A stretch of 64,000 bases of DNA from assembly GCF_009914755.1 (NCBI RefSeq), contig NC_060927.1, one strand, 5' to 3'. Both the position numbers and the translations under genes were made by a program. The DNA is from the human T2T-CHM13v2.0 reference genome, Homo sapiens. The first letter of the stretch is position 1, and the number at the start of each line of letters is the position of its first letter. This document shows, piece after piece, positions 39,247 to 52,222 of this stretch. The notes beneath the pieces were generated by a model, which was not told where the DNA came from, made no database searches, and saw nothing but the letters and a program-made list of their open reading frames with translations.

Positions 39247-40589
39247 TTCATCAAACATTTTAGCCCAATTATTAGAGTGTGACTCTGGAAGCAATGAAGT
39301 AGTCATGGCTGCTGAGAAAGTATAGAAATACCACATTCCCTCCTCCATTCTATGACTAGTACTCTCCTTTCCCTATCTCCAGGAAGGCCAAATTTCGATT
39401 TTATTTATTCCAAGCACCCACCAGGGAGTCAACCAGGAAAATGGGAACTAGTACAAGATGCTGGCTGCAGTTTTCCAAGAATTCTTCCTGGTTAATGGCC
39501 CATGGACATCATTCAACATCCCCAGGCTTTCCTGCAGTGTTTCCCATTGCTGCTGATTATTTTCTGGAATCAAAGCCCTTAAAAATGGGCTCTAAAAACC
39601 TTCTAAAATAGCCAAGGTCCAAAACTTCAAAGATTCTGGACTTTTTTTTTTTTTTTTTCCAACCTTAGCTTACTGGAGAATTCTGAGTTGGTCATGAGAC
39701 TAGTGACCACCTAAGTTGTCACTCTATTGGGTTAAGAGGACTTTGATTTGAAACTTCCAATAATTCAAAGAGCTGCCTTAGACTTTGGGAAAAGCAAGGT
39801 AAAATAAGGACCATATTGTAGTTTTCCCAAATACACACATTGCATTTACTGTCCCAAGGGGGGACAGAGAAACACCTCTTTGTCTCCCAGCTTTCCATAC
39901 AAAAGCCCCAGAAATTCTCTGAAGGTAAGAAATGGTGGGAGAGACAAACATTTTGTTCTACAATGTTCCCCAAACCCTGAGTCTTTTCTGAAATGCTCTG
40001 TAGCCAGTTTTTTTTTTTAATCTTCTGTTGAGTTTTGCAGTTGAGTTTGATTTGATGAGAAAATAATTTAAGACCTTTCCCTAAAAATGTTGGGCCAAGA
40101 CCTGAAAATGCTGCTGACAATGCTGGAATTGTTTCTTGATGCCTTGGAATGATAGAAATAATTCACCTTCAAAGGCAAGCACAATTGTCTCTGGGGTCCT
40201 GCCCTGTCCGCAGAATGGCCATCTGCCCCCGTTCTGCTCCTAAGGCCACATTGCAATAAGATGATCCATCCCACAGGCAGCTCATTTCTCTGTATTGAAG
40301 AGCTAGGGGCAATGGTAGTATTTTTCTGCCATGGGTTTTGCTTTTTTCTCAAGAGTTTTCCATCCTGGATTGTTTATTTCTCATACTTACTATTCTTTGT
40401 TAAACCTGAAAGGGAGAGAAATGCTCAGAGGTTCTGATTCAGTGTGGGAAAAGCAAATGCAAAGCTCACAGGTTGTCCTTTCACTGAGCTGTAAGTCGGT
40501 GTGGTTTGGAATTTTGCCTCTTCTTTTGAAGACTGGCAAAGGTTAAAGTACATATTTAAATTTAACTGGTCTGAAAGAGGCTAATGGAA

Positions 40590-41037
40590 AAATTGGCAAA
40601 CCATGAAGAGGCCAAGAGCCAAGGGAGAAACATAAGTGGTCAATAAACATGTTAATATATGTTAAATTTCACAATAATTAAAATTGCAAATGCAAATTCA
40701 AGCAAGAAGACACTATCGTTGTCCATCACATTAACAATTTTTTAAAGATAACACCTAACAGTCATAGATACTATCAATGGTTCATGTGGGTTTGGAGAAC
40801 TATGGAATTATAATTCCATACAGTACTCAAACAATATATATTGTACTCATACTATACTCATACAATACAGTAAAATTTAAAATTGTTTTCAAAATACAAC
40901 TTTGTGAAAGGTAATTTGTCAATATATTAAAAAACCTTATAATTTCACATGACCTTTTTACACTAGAAATATATCTTATGGGATTTCACTTCTATAAATA
41001 TAGACTAAGGAGATAACAGGAATGCGTAGGACTAATC
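40590..41037 (+). mobile_element. Degraded L1M fragment
   Basis: GGTCAATAAACATG...AAAATTGCAAATGCAAATT...ATACAACTTTGTGAAAGGTAATTTG. Confidence 0.6.
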
Positions 41038-41042
41038 ATGGA

Positions 41043-41404
41043 TGTGATAGTTAATTTTATGTGTCAACTTGGATAGGCCACGATGCCCAGAAATTTGGTC
41101 AAATGTTATTTTAGATGTTACTGTGACTGTGTTTTTGCATGAGATTAACATTTAAATCAGTGGACTTTGAGTAAAGCAGACTGCCCTCCATAATGTGGGT
41201 GGGTCTCATCAAATCAGCTGAAGGCTTGAACAGAACAAGAAAACGACATTCCCAGGGCAGGAAGAAATTCTGCCAGTAGATTGCCTTTGGACTTGAATGG
41301 CAACTTCAGCTCTTTTCTGAGTCTCCAGCCTGCTAGTCTACCCTGGATCTTTTGGAGTTGCCAGTCTATAATCAGGTGAGCCAATTCCTTACACTCCGTC
41401 ATTC

Positions 41405-41475
<71 letters not shown>

Positions 41476-41546
41476 CATAAATACACACACACACACACAC
41501 ATACATCCTATTGGTTCTGTTTCTCTGGAGAACCCTGACTAATAAA
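41043..41546 (+). mobile_element. MLT2C/D (ERVL) solo LTR containing a compound (GA)n(GATA)n(GACA)n(CA)n microsatellite at ~41407-41505
   Basis: TGTGATAGTTAATTTTATGTGTCAACTTG...CCTATTGGTTCTGTTTCTCTGGAGAACCCTGACTAATA; TSD ATGGA/ATGGG. Confidence 0.93.
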
Positions 41547-41670
41547 ATGGGCAATTAGAAAATAGCTGTATTCTTTTCCTCAACCCTGCACATTCAAACT
41601 ACTCCAAGGGTCTGATTCATCCTGTACCTTGGGGTAAACTTGGGTGAACCCCTGGATATTTGTGCAAATA

Positions 41671-41744
41671 TTTATTTTCACATAATAAAAAATTATCTGA
41701 TTACTTCCTCTTTATTTTCACATAATAAAAAATTCTCTGATTAC
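41671..41744. repeat. 34-bp direct repeat with 6-bp spacer
   Basis: TTTATTTTCACATAATAAAAAATT(A/C)TCTGATTAC at 41671 and 41711. Confidence 0.95.
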
Positions 41745-43559
41745 AATCACAAAACAGGCTAACTTCCATTTTGTGTTGACTCCCCTATAATAAAAAAAAC
41801 TCCAAATGTCACCTAAAACTCCAGTTCCTCTCCTCCTTCCAGGCCTGCTGCAGTGTGTGGGGGCTGTGGGTGGCTTTGTCTCTGTCTTCCTGGTCTAGCT
41901 CTTCTAACCTCCTCCCCCACTCCCGGGGGGGACCCCCTGCTCCTCCAGGTGTGGTATGGCAGGGAGAGCAAGGAGAGGTCAGGTGCAGGAAAAATGTTAC
42001 CTGAGAGGCCCTGACATTATAGGGGCCTCAGTTTCTACTCCATGGCAGCTATTTAAGATGATTTTTCTCGTAGGTAAGTTCATGGATTCTTCAGAGACAC
42101 CACTACCCCTACCCCAGACCATCACTGGGATTTTTTTACCTGTTTTTTTCCTTAATAAGGACAGTGTCACCTCCTCCCAGCCTCCTACGGTTCCCCTGGC
42201 TTCCAGCAGGCCACTCCACGCAGACTCTCTCTTCCCACCAGCCCTCTTCCCAGGTAACCTTTAATTTGGTTCCCTCTCCCATGTGTCCTGAATAAGCAGA
42301 AGACAGAGCTGATTCATTCCCTTAGAGAGTGAACCAGTGTTAGTCTCTCCCCTTTGGGTTTCTGCAGTTGAGGTTCTGAAGGAAGGACACATATTTCTAG
42401 GCACTGTCTCTTGGGTGGTTCTCAGACAGGGTTTGCACCTCCTTTGCAGGTCCTGCTTAGGTAGCATGGCTAGCCCTCCACTCTGGAATGCCAGAGTAGG
42501 TGGCTCCTAGCTGCCTTATTTTTACATACTTTGGTACAGCCTCCAGACACAAGAAGGTAATCTGTTTTACAGGTGTCAAAAGTTAAGTCTCAGAAAAATT
42601 AACTAAATTTTTTAAGATCACACCACCAGTCTATGGCAGAACTGTCCCTCTCCAGCTCAAGCTCTTGGCATCCTATTACAGCTATCTAAATAAAAAAGGC
42701 TTTTAAAGAGAATTGGCGGTAAAACAGACCCCCATTCCCTCCCAAGGCATTCCCTTAGTTCATTGCTCCAAAGTATGGCGGTCATGGTGTGTTCTCTTCC
42801 TCACCACATAGTCAACCCCGACTTGGGGACGGGCTAGGTGGAGCCCTGGGCCAGCCGATCTCCAGCACAGACCAGACCCCTAAGGCCTAAACTGTCCCTG
42901 CTTATCTCAGAATGGGGGATTACATATTCTACACGCCTGGTTCTCCTGACAGATGTGAGGAAAGCACACCGTAAGCACTGAACATCAGTACGTGTCTATA
43001 AAAGTCATTATAAACATCACGAGGCATGAGAGAAAAAGCATCTCTATTTACAGTGTAGGAAAGAGGAAAGAACAAAAACAACAACAACAAACCCTTCCAA
43101 GAATTTGCTTAATCACACTTCTGTATGGGAGGAAAACATTACCTGTAAATCTTTCCTGTGTGGTTGATAGGAGCTGATGGATCTTCCCTTGCAGATGGAT
43201 GTTTATAACTCCCTCTTGGCTGCAAGACAGAGCAGGGCCTTGCATTCCTGTGCCTGCCCGCTGGGAAGCACATCAAAGCAGCTTTGTTTAAACTGGGACA
43301 CACCCGCCCGACAGACCCTACGCCTTGCCCTTTTGGATCTTCTTACTTTTTTGGTGGAATCTGCAGTAAGCTCTGTGGCTGACCCCAGAGGTCACCCCAC
43401 AAGCACTTTCCTGTTTGAAACTTGTTCCACCGGCCGCATTTCCACCGGCTCTGAGTCATTATCCTCCAGCCCTGACATCTACACTCCCATTAGATGAAAG
43501 GGCCTTACTATCTTCTACCATCCTGAACACAAAGGCAGCAGGGCTTTTTGTTGTTGTTT

Positions 43560-43960
43560 AGATTTGCTTCCCGTTTTTAAAAATAAAAACCTATGTTGCA
43601 CATTTTTCTTACTATAAAAGCAATACATGTTTGTCATAAAAATATTCAAACAGCACAGAGAGGCAGAATGGAAAAATAAAAAGTGCCCTTTATTACAACA
43701 AACAAAGAGTAAGCACGTGCCAGCATGTTGGAATACATCTTTCTAGACTTTTTTCTCTGCAGAGATCTATCTGTTTAGGGTTGCAAAAGGAGATCACACT
43801 GAACATCCTAGTAATAAACTTGCTTTTTTCATTTGCCACTACGTTGAGAACGATTTTCCATGTCATTAAATATCTGCAAGATTTTTTTTTTCTATTTTGT
43901 AATATGAACAAAATTTGGTAGTTTTGCCTGAATAAAAGCAATTTTCCCTTAAAATATTAT
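43560..43960 (-). mobile_element. L1ME 3' fragment
   Basis: TATAAAAGCAATACATGTT...; CATCTTTCTAGACTTTTTTCTCTGC; GGAGATCACACTGAACAT. Confidence 0.7.
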
Positions 43961-44445
43961 ACCCTTTGCTCCAGCCATTGTTCTTCTGGAGGCCTTGCAG
44001 GAATCCCATGGGTCAATCAGAAGAGTGCACACTTGATTCTTTCCATTTGAAAACCAGGGACATGGCTAACATTTTCTCTAAACAGCTCCTTCCTAAGAGT
44101 TATGACTGTAACTGGTTTGGAGAGCTTCTTAACACTCCAACACAAATATGTTCCCATCTCTTTAATGTCTTCACGTCAAATTAGAAGAGGCCCAAGCCCT
44201 CGTCGCCAGGCCCCCTGCCTACCCCTACTACCATACAGGAAATGAAGCATGTTATCATCCCTCTTGGGAAACTGCCTCTCTGTGAACTCTACAAAACATG
44301 AGCCTTGAGGTCACAAACCTTAGAAGAAAAGGGTCAGCCCACCTCCCCCACTGACACCGAGAGCACTGGAGTCTTCCCTGCCAACTCCTGCCTCTGCTGT
44401 CTCTGCTTCTCACAGTGGGCTTTTGGTGTTTCAGGACCAACAGAC

Positions 44446-45120
44446 TGTAAAGACCAAAGGAAAACTTCTCCTTCTCCCTTTGAAGATTTGCTGAAAAGAG
44501 GAAGATTAATAGGAGAAAAGGCATACAAATGTATTTGATGATAGTTTCACGTGACACAGGAGCCTTCAGAATGAAGACCCAAAGATACAGAAGAAATGGT
44601 CCATTTTTACACTGAGGTTTAACGAAATATGGACAGCCGTGTCGAAATATGACTGGACAAAAAGGGTGTGATCTAATGCTAAGAACCCGAGAAGGAAACC
44701 TAGCAAGGCCTGTCTGTCTAGATTCTTCTTGGCCTCTCTGAGCATGTGGGTTTTGTTTTGTTTTGTTTTGTTTTGTTTTGTTTTGTTTTGTTCCAATCTG
44801 GGTATGGGGCAGGACCTTCTAGAATGGAGGTCTTATGGCCTACAGTCAAACAAGACAGGTCAGATCATTTTTTTTTATGGCCAGTTTTTACACAGAAAGG
44901 CAAAGGGAAAGTTAGAGTGATATTTTTAGATTTTACGGCTGGACTTGGAGTAAAGGGGTTCTGGCTTCTATGACCCACGTTGGGGAAGAGGGATTCTAGT
45001 TTCTATGGCAGCCTCAGGGGAGAATGGGACTGAGAGACAGGAGAAAGTCAGAGGAAAACTTTTGCTTCTGAGGTTGCTTCTGAGCCCATGATTTGGAGTA
45101 GTGTTTTCTGAGTCAGAACA
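44446..45120 (-). mobile_element. Complete ERV1 solo LTR (MER39-like) with internal (TTTTG)n at ~44751-44792
   Basis: TGT...ACA termini; perfect 4-bp TSD AGAC/AGAC (44442-44445, 45121-45124); GAAGAGGGATTCTAGTTTCTATGGC motif. Confidence 0.85.
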
Positions 45121-46189
45121 AGACACTGCTGGCTATTGGTGGTGAAGCCCAGCCCAGGTATGGTCCAGCTCCAAGTACAGCAGCCACCATCCTGTGGAGA
45201 ACGATGCCTCCACTCTCTCCACCGCCACCCCAGCACCAGCTGCCCTTGGCTTGTTGTCCAAGTCCTCAGCCCCTCCACTCCTATAGAAAGCCATTTCTTC
45301 CATGGCTTCAGCCAGGGGAACCAAATCAGAAATGAGTTCAGGAGCTCATCACTTGTTGACCAGAATCATTATTTATTCCATTTTCTTCCCCCAAGCATTC
45401 GTAGCCACACACCTGGAATTCATCATCTCCATTTCAGCACAGAAGTACAAAAGATTTACTCCATTCCTTTTCTGCTCAATAAGGACACCTGGGGAGTAAT
45501 TGAAGGATTCAGACCCTGAAAACAAAGAATGCCACAGGCAGCTTTGCCTCTTTGACCCTGAAATATGAACAGTTACTGGCTTTCTGCTTTCTAAACAATC
45601 GAGAATGCTGACACCTAAGGAGAGACCAGACTCTCCAAGAGTCAGTCTGGGGAAAAAAAGGATCTTAACTCATGATAAGGCAGAAATCATTCCTCTACCT
45701 CAACTTATATGCTCAAAACACAAGCAAGGAAATAGCTTAATGTTTCTTGCTAAAGAAGTAAAAAACAAAATCCTTGCTAAATGTTAAGTGGGTTACCTTG
45801 CTATATAACAAAAATTAATCTTCAAGAGACCACTCCCTTTATTTTTAAATAAGCAATTACTGACTGTTTTTAAAGAAACAATCTGATGCCCTAAAAAGTC
45901 CCCAAGTTTGCAGTCAGAGAAACTAAAGTTTTCTTTTTCTACCACTAATCATCCATGTGACCTAGGGCAAAGTGTTCAAACTCTCTGAAACTCAATTTCC
46001 CTCTCTGCCTAAAACTGGACTTGCTCCTGGACCCTTAATACCCAAAGTCCACTAATCAAGAGGCCCTGCTTCTCCAGATGGTGCTTAAAAGTTCACTACC
46101 AATATTTGCCAGGGCAACTTATTTTTCTTTGCATTTTTATTCTATAATTGTCAGGGGAAAAACATGAAAACAATACAAATACTATAATC

Positions 46190-46640
46190 TACCAATTGTA
46201 TGACTTTGAGCAAGCCGTTTAGCCTCTGAAATTCACTTTCCTCATTCATAATAATTACCAACACAGATTAGATAGAGCAGGCACTGGTCTAAATGTTTAT
46301 GTCTATTAACTCATTTAAAGTTAAAAACTGCAACCGTATAAGGTAGGTGCTATTATTATCACTTTTACAGGTAAAGAAACTGGACAAAACAGGTAAAGTG
46401 GGTTTTCCAAGGTCACACAGCTAAGAGCCGCAGAGCTAATGTTCAAATCCAGACACTTTGGCTCCAGAGTCCACATTCTTAAACGTATGCCACATCACCT
46501 CTGACTTTGAGAATATGGAATGATGAGTTAGGCTTACCTCATAGGATTGTTGAAAGGATTCATTGTATACAAAGCATAATACCTGACACATACTATCTCC
46601 TCAATACATCAGAGTCAATATTACTACATTATTATTTTCT
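46190..46640. mobile_element. Minus-strand MIR (~46250-46503) nested within a plus-strand MIR
   Basis: Plus MIR TGACTTTGAGCAAG...TTTCCTCATTC resumes at CTTACCTCATAGGATTGTTG after antisense MIR CCAAGGTCACACAGCTAA...GGCTCCAGAGTCC. Confidence 0.75.
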
Positions 46641-46807
46641 AGATTAATTTGATAAAGTTTTGTGGTGCTAGTTGAAAATTTTAAAACTGTGCAGCAACAT
46701 AGAAAAACCCAGCCATGATTCAATGCATAGTGAATTTAAAGTAAAATATGAAATAGTATTATGTTTTGGTTATATCTATGTGCAAATTAATTGTATGCTT
46801 TGATAAG

Positions 46808-47297
46808 TGGGTCAATCCATTATTGCTGCATAACAAACAATATGCACTTATTTCTCATATGTCTGCTACTCAGCCATGGATCTACAAATATGGATGGGGC
46901 TTGGCCGGGCATTTTTGCTTTAAGCTGAAGTCCAGCTGGGCTTATCTCCTTCATGCAGGTTGGACTCAGGTCCATTCCTTACATATTCATTCTGGAGCCC
47001 AGAATGAATGGGCAGTACCCAGCTAGGGTAAGCTCTTCTCATAGCAATGGCAGTGGTTCAAGAGGGCAAATCCAACCGCACAAATGAACTTCAAGCCCCT
47101 ACTTATGTCTACTAACATCCCATTAGCCAAAGCAAATGATGTGGCTGAGTCTAGAGTCAAGGTATGAGAAAGTACCCCCGTCTGAGGCCAAAGCAAGTCA
47201 CATGGTAAAGCCCAACACCAACTGAGCAGGGAAGTATACTTCTCCCATGGAAGTGGAGGTGAGGAAGTAAGTATTTTTGAATTGTAATCTACCATAA
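46808..47297 (-). mobile_element. MaLR solo LTR (MLT1G/H-like) within an L1ME 3' end
   Basis: ATTGCTGCATAACAAAC; CATCCCATTAGCCAAAGCAAATGATGTGGC; GCCAAAGCAAGTCACATGG. Confidence 0.8.
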
Positions 47298-47589
47298 GAA
47301 GAACCAACTAGAAATAAACTAAGAAGGATGAGTAACTAACTTGGTGAGATCATGGATGAGTCTTTTATATTCCTTTCTTTCCAAAATTACACTTATTATT
47401 TTGTCTTTAAGAGCGAGGGAGGAAAACAAAGGGAAACCTCAAAATAAATCAGTCCTAAAAGAAAAGGCTGAAAGGGAAGACTAACACTAAGCAACATTTG
47501 CTCATTCATTCAGCAAACAGTTGCTAAGCACCTCCTACATTCCAGGTAAATCACAGTTCCCTGTCCTGAAGCAGCTCACAGTCTAGCCA

Positions 47590-47870
47590 ATGAGTGATAA
47601 TGATAATGATGAGGACAACAATGATGATGATGATGATGATAATGATAGACAACATTTATTCAGTGTGCAATATCCCAGGTGCTGTGTTAATCCATTTGCA
47701 TAATCTCATATACTCCCCACAAAAACTCAACAAAGCTTTTTAAAAAAGAAACTGAGGTACAAAGAGGTAAATGATTTATGCAAGGTCACATAGCTAGACT
47801 CAGCAGAGCTAGACTTCCAACCAAGCTGTCCAGCTTTGAACCTGCACTCTTGAATACTTCACTGCCCCGC
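47590..47870 (-). mobile_element. MIR with (GAT)n-derived tail, abutting an L2 3' end (~47500-47590)
   Basis: GAAACTGAGGTACAAAGAGGTAAATGATTTATGCAAGGTCACATAGCTAG. Confidence 0.85.
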
Positions 47871-48454
47871 CCCACCTTCAGACATATTCCCTGAACCCAT
47901 CCCACCTCCATTCCTTCAGTACCAAACCCTCTCTCTGTCCCTGAATTAGAGGATCATTAACACAAAGTATGCCTTCTCTGGAAAATGTTGCAAACACAAA
48001 ACCTCCTCTTTCAAATCTATAGTTAATAAATTAGATATTATAGGCAGGTGTAGGCAAAGGATGCTAGGCTTCAGTGAAGAAACAGAATTTCTAGTAAGCC
48101 TGGAGAAAAGAAGAATGAAGGAAAACTCAACAATATTCATTTTCTAAATTTATAGAGGCTGAGTAAATCCACTATAAGGGTGGTAACTAGCTTTTCTCCA
48201 CCTCAAATGGAAACAGTAAAAATAAAAGGCTTGCACTACAGCATCAGGGAACTATATGAGGCAAAACTGAACATTCCAGATAATATGGCAAGGACTTTTT
48301 GCATGAAAAGAGACTACTAAGAGAAGTCCGACTGATTCCTTTCACAGAAGCAGGGTGGCCAAGCAGGTCAAGCAGGGTGGAGATGAATGAGATGACTTCT
48401 CAGGATACCCTACAATAATGATTATTCTACTCAAGTTATTTTGCTACCTCATTT

Positions 48455-48617
48455 TTTTTGAGGCAGCTTCCAGAATACGCCAAACAGCAGAGGTTGAGTG
48501 AAACACCAAATCCAGTTTAGACCACCAATTATTTCTTCCTTCTTGGCTTCCTAACCCTGCCTAGACCACCCTGGAGCCTGTTCTTTTGCAGGCTTAATCT
48601 GCGATGGCAGTTAAAAA
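48455..48617 (+). repeat. Unique-sequence donor copy of an inverted duplication (partner at 50227-50390)
   Basis: Manual alignment to the reverse complement of 50227-50390 gives 9 substitutions and 1 indel over ~164 bp. Confidence 0.97.
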
Positions 48618-48730
48618 AAGAGACTAACCTCCCACCCACCAAAACCCAAAACAAAATACCAGAACATGTGAGCCTTTATAAACACTGGCATCAAACTCAA
48701 GTATTTCAAATTCAATTATAGTATCCATTA

Positions 48731-49096
<366 letters not shown>

Positions 49097-49987
49097 TCAG
49101 CCCATCACAAATGACCTGAGAAGTAGCCAATGAAAGGAATGGCTGAAGTTAAGCTTCAGACAGCCCCTCCAGAGAAATTCCACATGGAGACTGCCAGCAA
49201 CTCCCTTTTCTTAGAAATAATAGGCAACCATATTAAGTGCAATAATAGAAAAACCACGAAGTCTGAGCTCTCCCTTTAAAACTGGGTCACTCAACCTACA
49301 CAGGAACAGTTATCTCCCTGCCAACCTCACTCCACCTGGTGATTGGCATGGACCTGATTAACAACATGGAGGGGCTGGTAAAAATTCCACTGAGCTTTCA
49401 CCAATGGTTTTCCAGGTATGTCAGCCCTTACGTTATCAGCAGGAAGAAAATTAAGAGATTAAAGAGGTAATATTTTTAATAGGGTTTTGTAATGCTTCCC
49501 CTTCACACAGACATAGCCTCAGCATGCAGTTGGCATCTGCTGCTTCTCCATCCCTTGTGCTGTTTTCACAGAAAGACCTCAGAAAAGCATTGATATTGGT
49601 GGAGCCCCCACCACCCTCATGGCTCTGGCTCTGTTGTCTGCTATGCAGGAAACCACAGACAATTCCACAAAGGTGGAAAGTAACCTGCAGTGTGTAGCAG
49701 GTGGGAAAATAAAGGGCAGTTCCCTGGAAGAGGCTGCAGGGGATCCAGGCTCCAAGGGCTCTGGGCTCCAATTAAATCAGGAGGTGGCTGGCCCTTTGAT
49801 TACCTTTTCCTTGTGTCGCCTGGTCTCATTGTTTTACTGCTTCCTCTCCTCTTTCTTGATAATCTTATCGTAACTCCTGTCTAGACGTGACCTTAGAATC
49901 AATTCTTAAGAAGATGCCACCTTTAAAGAATGTGATCTGGGCCCCAGCTCCAGGCTGTGTCTCATAGAAGGAGGCCACGTTTTGGAC

Positions 49988-50033
49988 TAGTTAAAGTATT
50001 TTATTTACCATAGTTAAAGTATTTTATTTACCA
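49988..50033. repeat. Perfect 23-bp tandem duplication
   Basis: TAGTTAAAGTATTTTATTTACCA x2. Confidence 0.97.
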
Positions 50034-50226
50034 TGGAATGAGGGTCACAGAGAGTACATGGAACAAAGTGGTGAGAGGAGGAGAAGGCAGAACCCGAGGG
50101 CGAGGATGAGGCTGTGGGAACAGAGTAAAGATCAAAGCAGGGAGTGCGGGACATGCCACAACCTGGATGAACCTTGAGGACATTATGTTAAGTGAAATAA
50201 GCCAGACACAAAAGGAATAATTCCAC

Positions 50227-50390
50227 TTTTTAATCTGCCATCACAGATTAAGCCTGCAAAAGAGCAGGCTCCAGGGTGGTCTAGGCAGTGTTAGGAAGCC
50301 AAGAAGGAAGAAATAATTGGTGGCCTAAATTGGCTTTGGTGTTTCACTCAACCTCTGCTGTTTGGCATTTTCTGGAAACTGCCTCAAAAA
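50227..50390 (-). repeat. Inverted copy of 48455-48617 inserted within L1MB
   Basis: Flanked by GAATAATTCCACT at 50215-50227 and 50400-50412. Confidence 0.97.
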
Positions 50391-50514
50391 TTCCACACTG
50401 AATAATTCCACTCACGTGAGGTACCTGGAGTAGTCAGTTAGTAGAGGCAGCAAGTAGAAGAATGGTTGCCAGGGGCTGGGGAAGTGGAGAATGGGAGTAA
50501 ATCTTTAATGGATA

Positions 50515-51444
50515 TGAAAGAGCAAAAGGAACATCATCTCAAAATATAGCTCCCCAGTATAGTGAGTATTGTGAATTAAAAGCCCTTAGAGATCAAGAGA
50601 CTTCTCCCCTGTCTACATAAAGACAGGATGGGCCCACCAAGAAGAATAATTGTTTTTCCTTACCCTCCCTGTTATCTCAGTACCTGTTGCAGAAAAAAAT
50701 CAAGGCTGAGTGCAGTGGTTCATGCCTGCACTTTGGGATGCATTCATTCAGCACTTTGGGAGGCTCATTCAGCACTGTGGGAGGCATTCATTCAGCACTT
50801 TGGGAGGCTGAAGTGGAGGATTGCTTGAGTTCAGGAGTTCAAGACTAGCCTGGGCAACATAGTGAAACTAAGTCTCTACAAAAAATAGAGAAATTAGGTG
50901 GTGGCACACACCTGTGTTCCCAACTACCCAGGAGGCTGAGGCGGGAGGATCACTTGAGTCCAGGAGGTCAAGGCTGCAGTGAGCCATGATCACGCCACTG
51001 TACTCCAGGCTGGGTGACAGAGCGACAACCTGTCTCAAAAATTAAAAAAAAAAAAAAAAAAAAGAAAACCAAGAATGTAACCAGACATGATCAGACCCTT
51101 TCACAGAATAATGTCTATCCCTCAGGCTCATTCAGTATCCAAATAAAACCATTTACAAGTTAATCTCTGTTCCTCCATCCATTCATTCTCCCAAGTATCC
51201 ATTCACTAATAATCATCTACTGTCCTTTGATAGAATTACTTACACTCCCCATTGCCTCCCTTCCTCTCCGCAATAAGGCTATAAAAGTATTTGGGCTCCA
51301 CTGGTATACTGGGTAATCACTCAGTGATTCTCCCCTGTGTATATGTTAATAACTGTGTGTTTTCTTCTATTAATCTGCCTTTATCAGTAAATTTTTCAGT
51401 GAATCTTCCAAGGGCCAAGGAGAGGTTTTCCCTTTACCCCTATA
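50515..51444 (+). mobile_element. ERV1 solo LTR (MER34-like), split by AluJ
   Basis: TGAAAG...CCCCTATA termini; 4-bp TSD GATA/GGTA within L1; TATAAAA at ~51280; TTCTTCTATTAATCTGCCTTT...TTTTTCAGTGAATCTTC. Confidence 0.8.
50704..51063 (+). mobile_element. AluJ with 5' internal minisatellite (50728-50808)
   Basis: AluJ diagnostics CCTGGGCAACATAG, GGAGGATCACTTGAG, GGTCAAGGCTGCAGTGAGCCATGATC; TSD-like AGAAAAAAATCAA / AAAGAAAACCAA. Confidence 0.95.
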
Positions 51445-52168
51445 GGTAAAGAGTTTCAGTTTAGGATGACGAAAAAGTTCTGGACACAGTTGGTGGTGAT
51501 GATTGTACAACAATATGAATATACTTAACACCACTGAACAATATACTCAAAAAATGATTAAAATAGTAAGTTTTATGTTATGTACATCTTACCACAATAA
51601 AAAGAAAGATTTTTTTTTTTAAAAAAAAAGGAGGTATGGGAGAGATAGTTTAATTGTGTAAAAGATCTAGTTTGGCAAGTAGCAGATTCAATGTCACTAT
51701 GAAAAATTTAGGAGCTGCAGGTGGGGGTAGGGGGTACAGCTGGACCACCAGGCCTCTCCAAGAAATGCCCTTCTCAATTGGGAACCTGGAATCTTTCCAC
51801 TTAACTGAAGGAAGGATGAGTCCTTTGTTGGTAACTCTCCTAAGTACACAGCAGGCACCCTTAATTCCTGCTTAACCAGGAGGTGGCCAGGGACATGGTA
51901 ACAAATCGAGTTAAACTTTCCTAGAGCTCCAAAGCCTGTCCAGAAAAGCTGGGGAATAAAAATGGAAAAGCATTAAGGGTTAATTGTGGATAAAGTCAGC
52001 CTTTCCATTGGGAATACAATATTTAGCCAATCTGACCCCATGGATATCATCAAACCCTGTGCAAGAAATCAAAATAGACTGTGGTACCCAGAACTGCAGC
52101 TGCAGATGAGCTCTGGTGAATGTGGCTAGGCAGAGTGTGCTCAGTGGGGCGACTAAGTCTGCCCCAGA

Positions 52169-52222
52169 TCTCGCATCATTCACAAGTTGAACCCTTCTCG
52201 CATCATTCACAAGGTGAACCCT
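52169..52222. repeat. 27-bp tandem duplication
   Basis: TCTCGCATCATTCACAAG(T/G)TGAACCCT x2. Confidence 0.95.

Larger units (their letters stand above)
50150..51610 (+). mobile_element. L1MB 3' end, in pieces (50150-50227, 50400-50514, 51445-51610), interrupted by nested insertions
   Basis: CATGCCACAACCTGGATGAACCTTGAGGACATTATGTTAAGTGAAATAAGCCAGACACAAAAGG; GAGTTTCAGTTTAGGATGACGAAAAAGTTCTGGA. Confidence 0.92.

Noticed and set aside
50728-50808. CRISPR-like repeat/spacer appearance
   Set aside because: Eukaryotic Alu-derived tandem units without unique spacers; no cas genes
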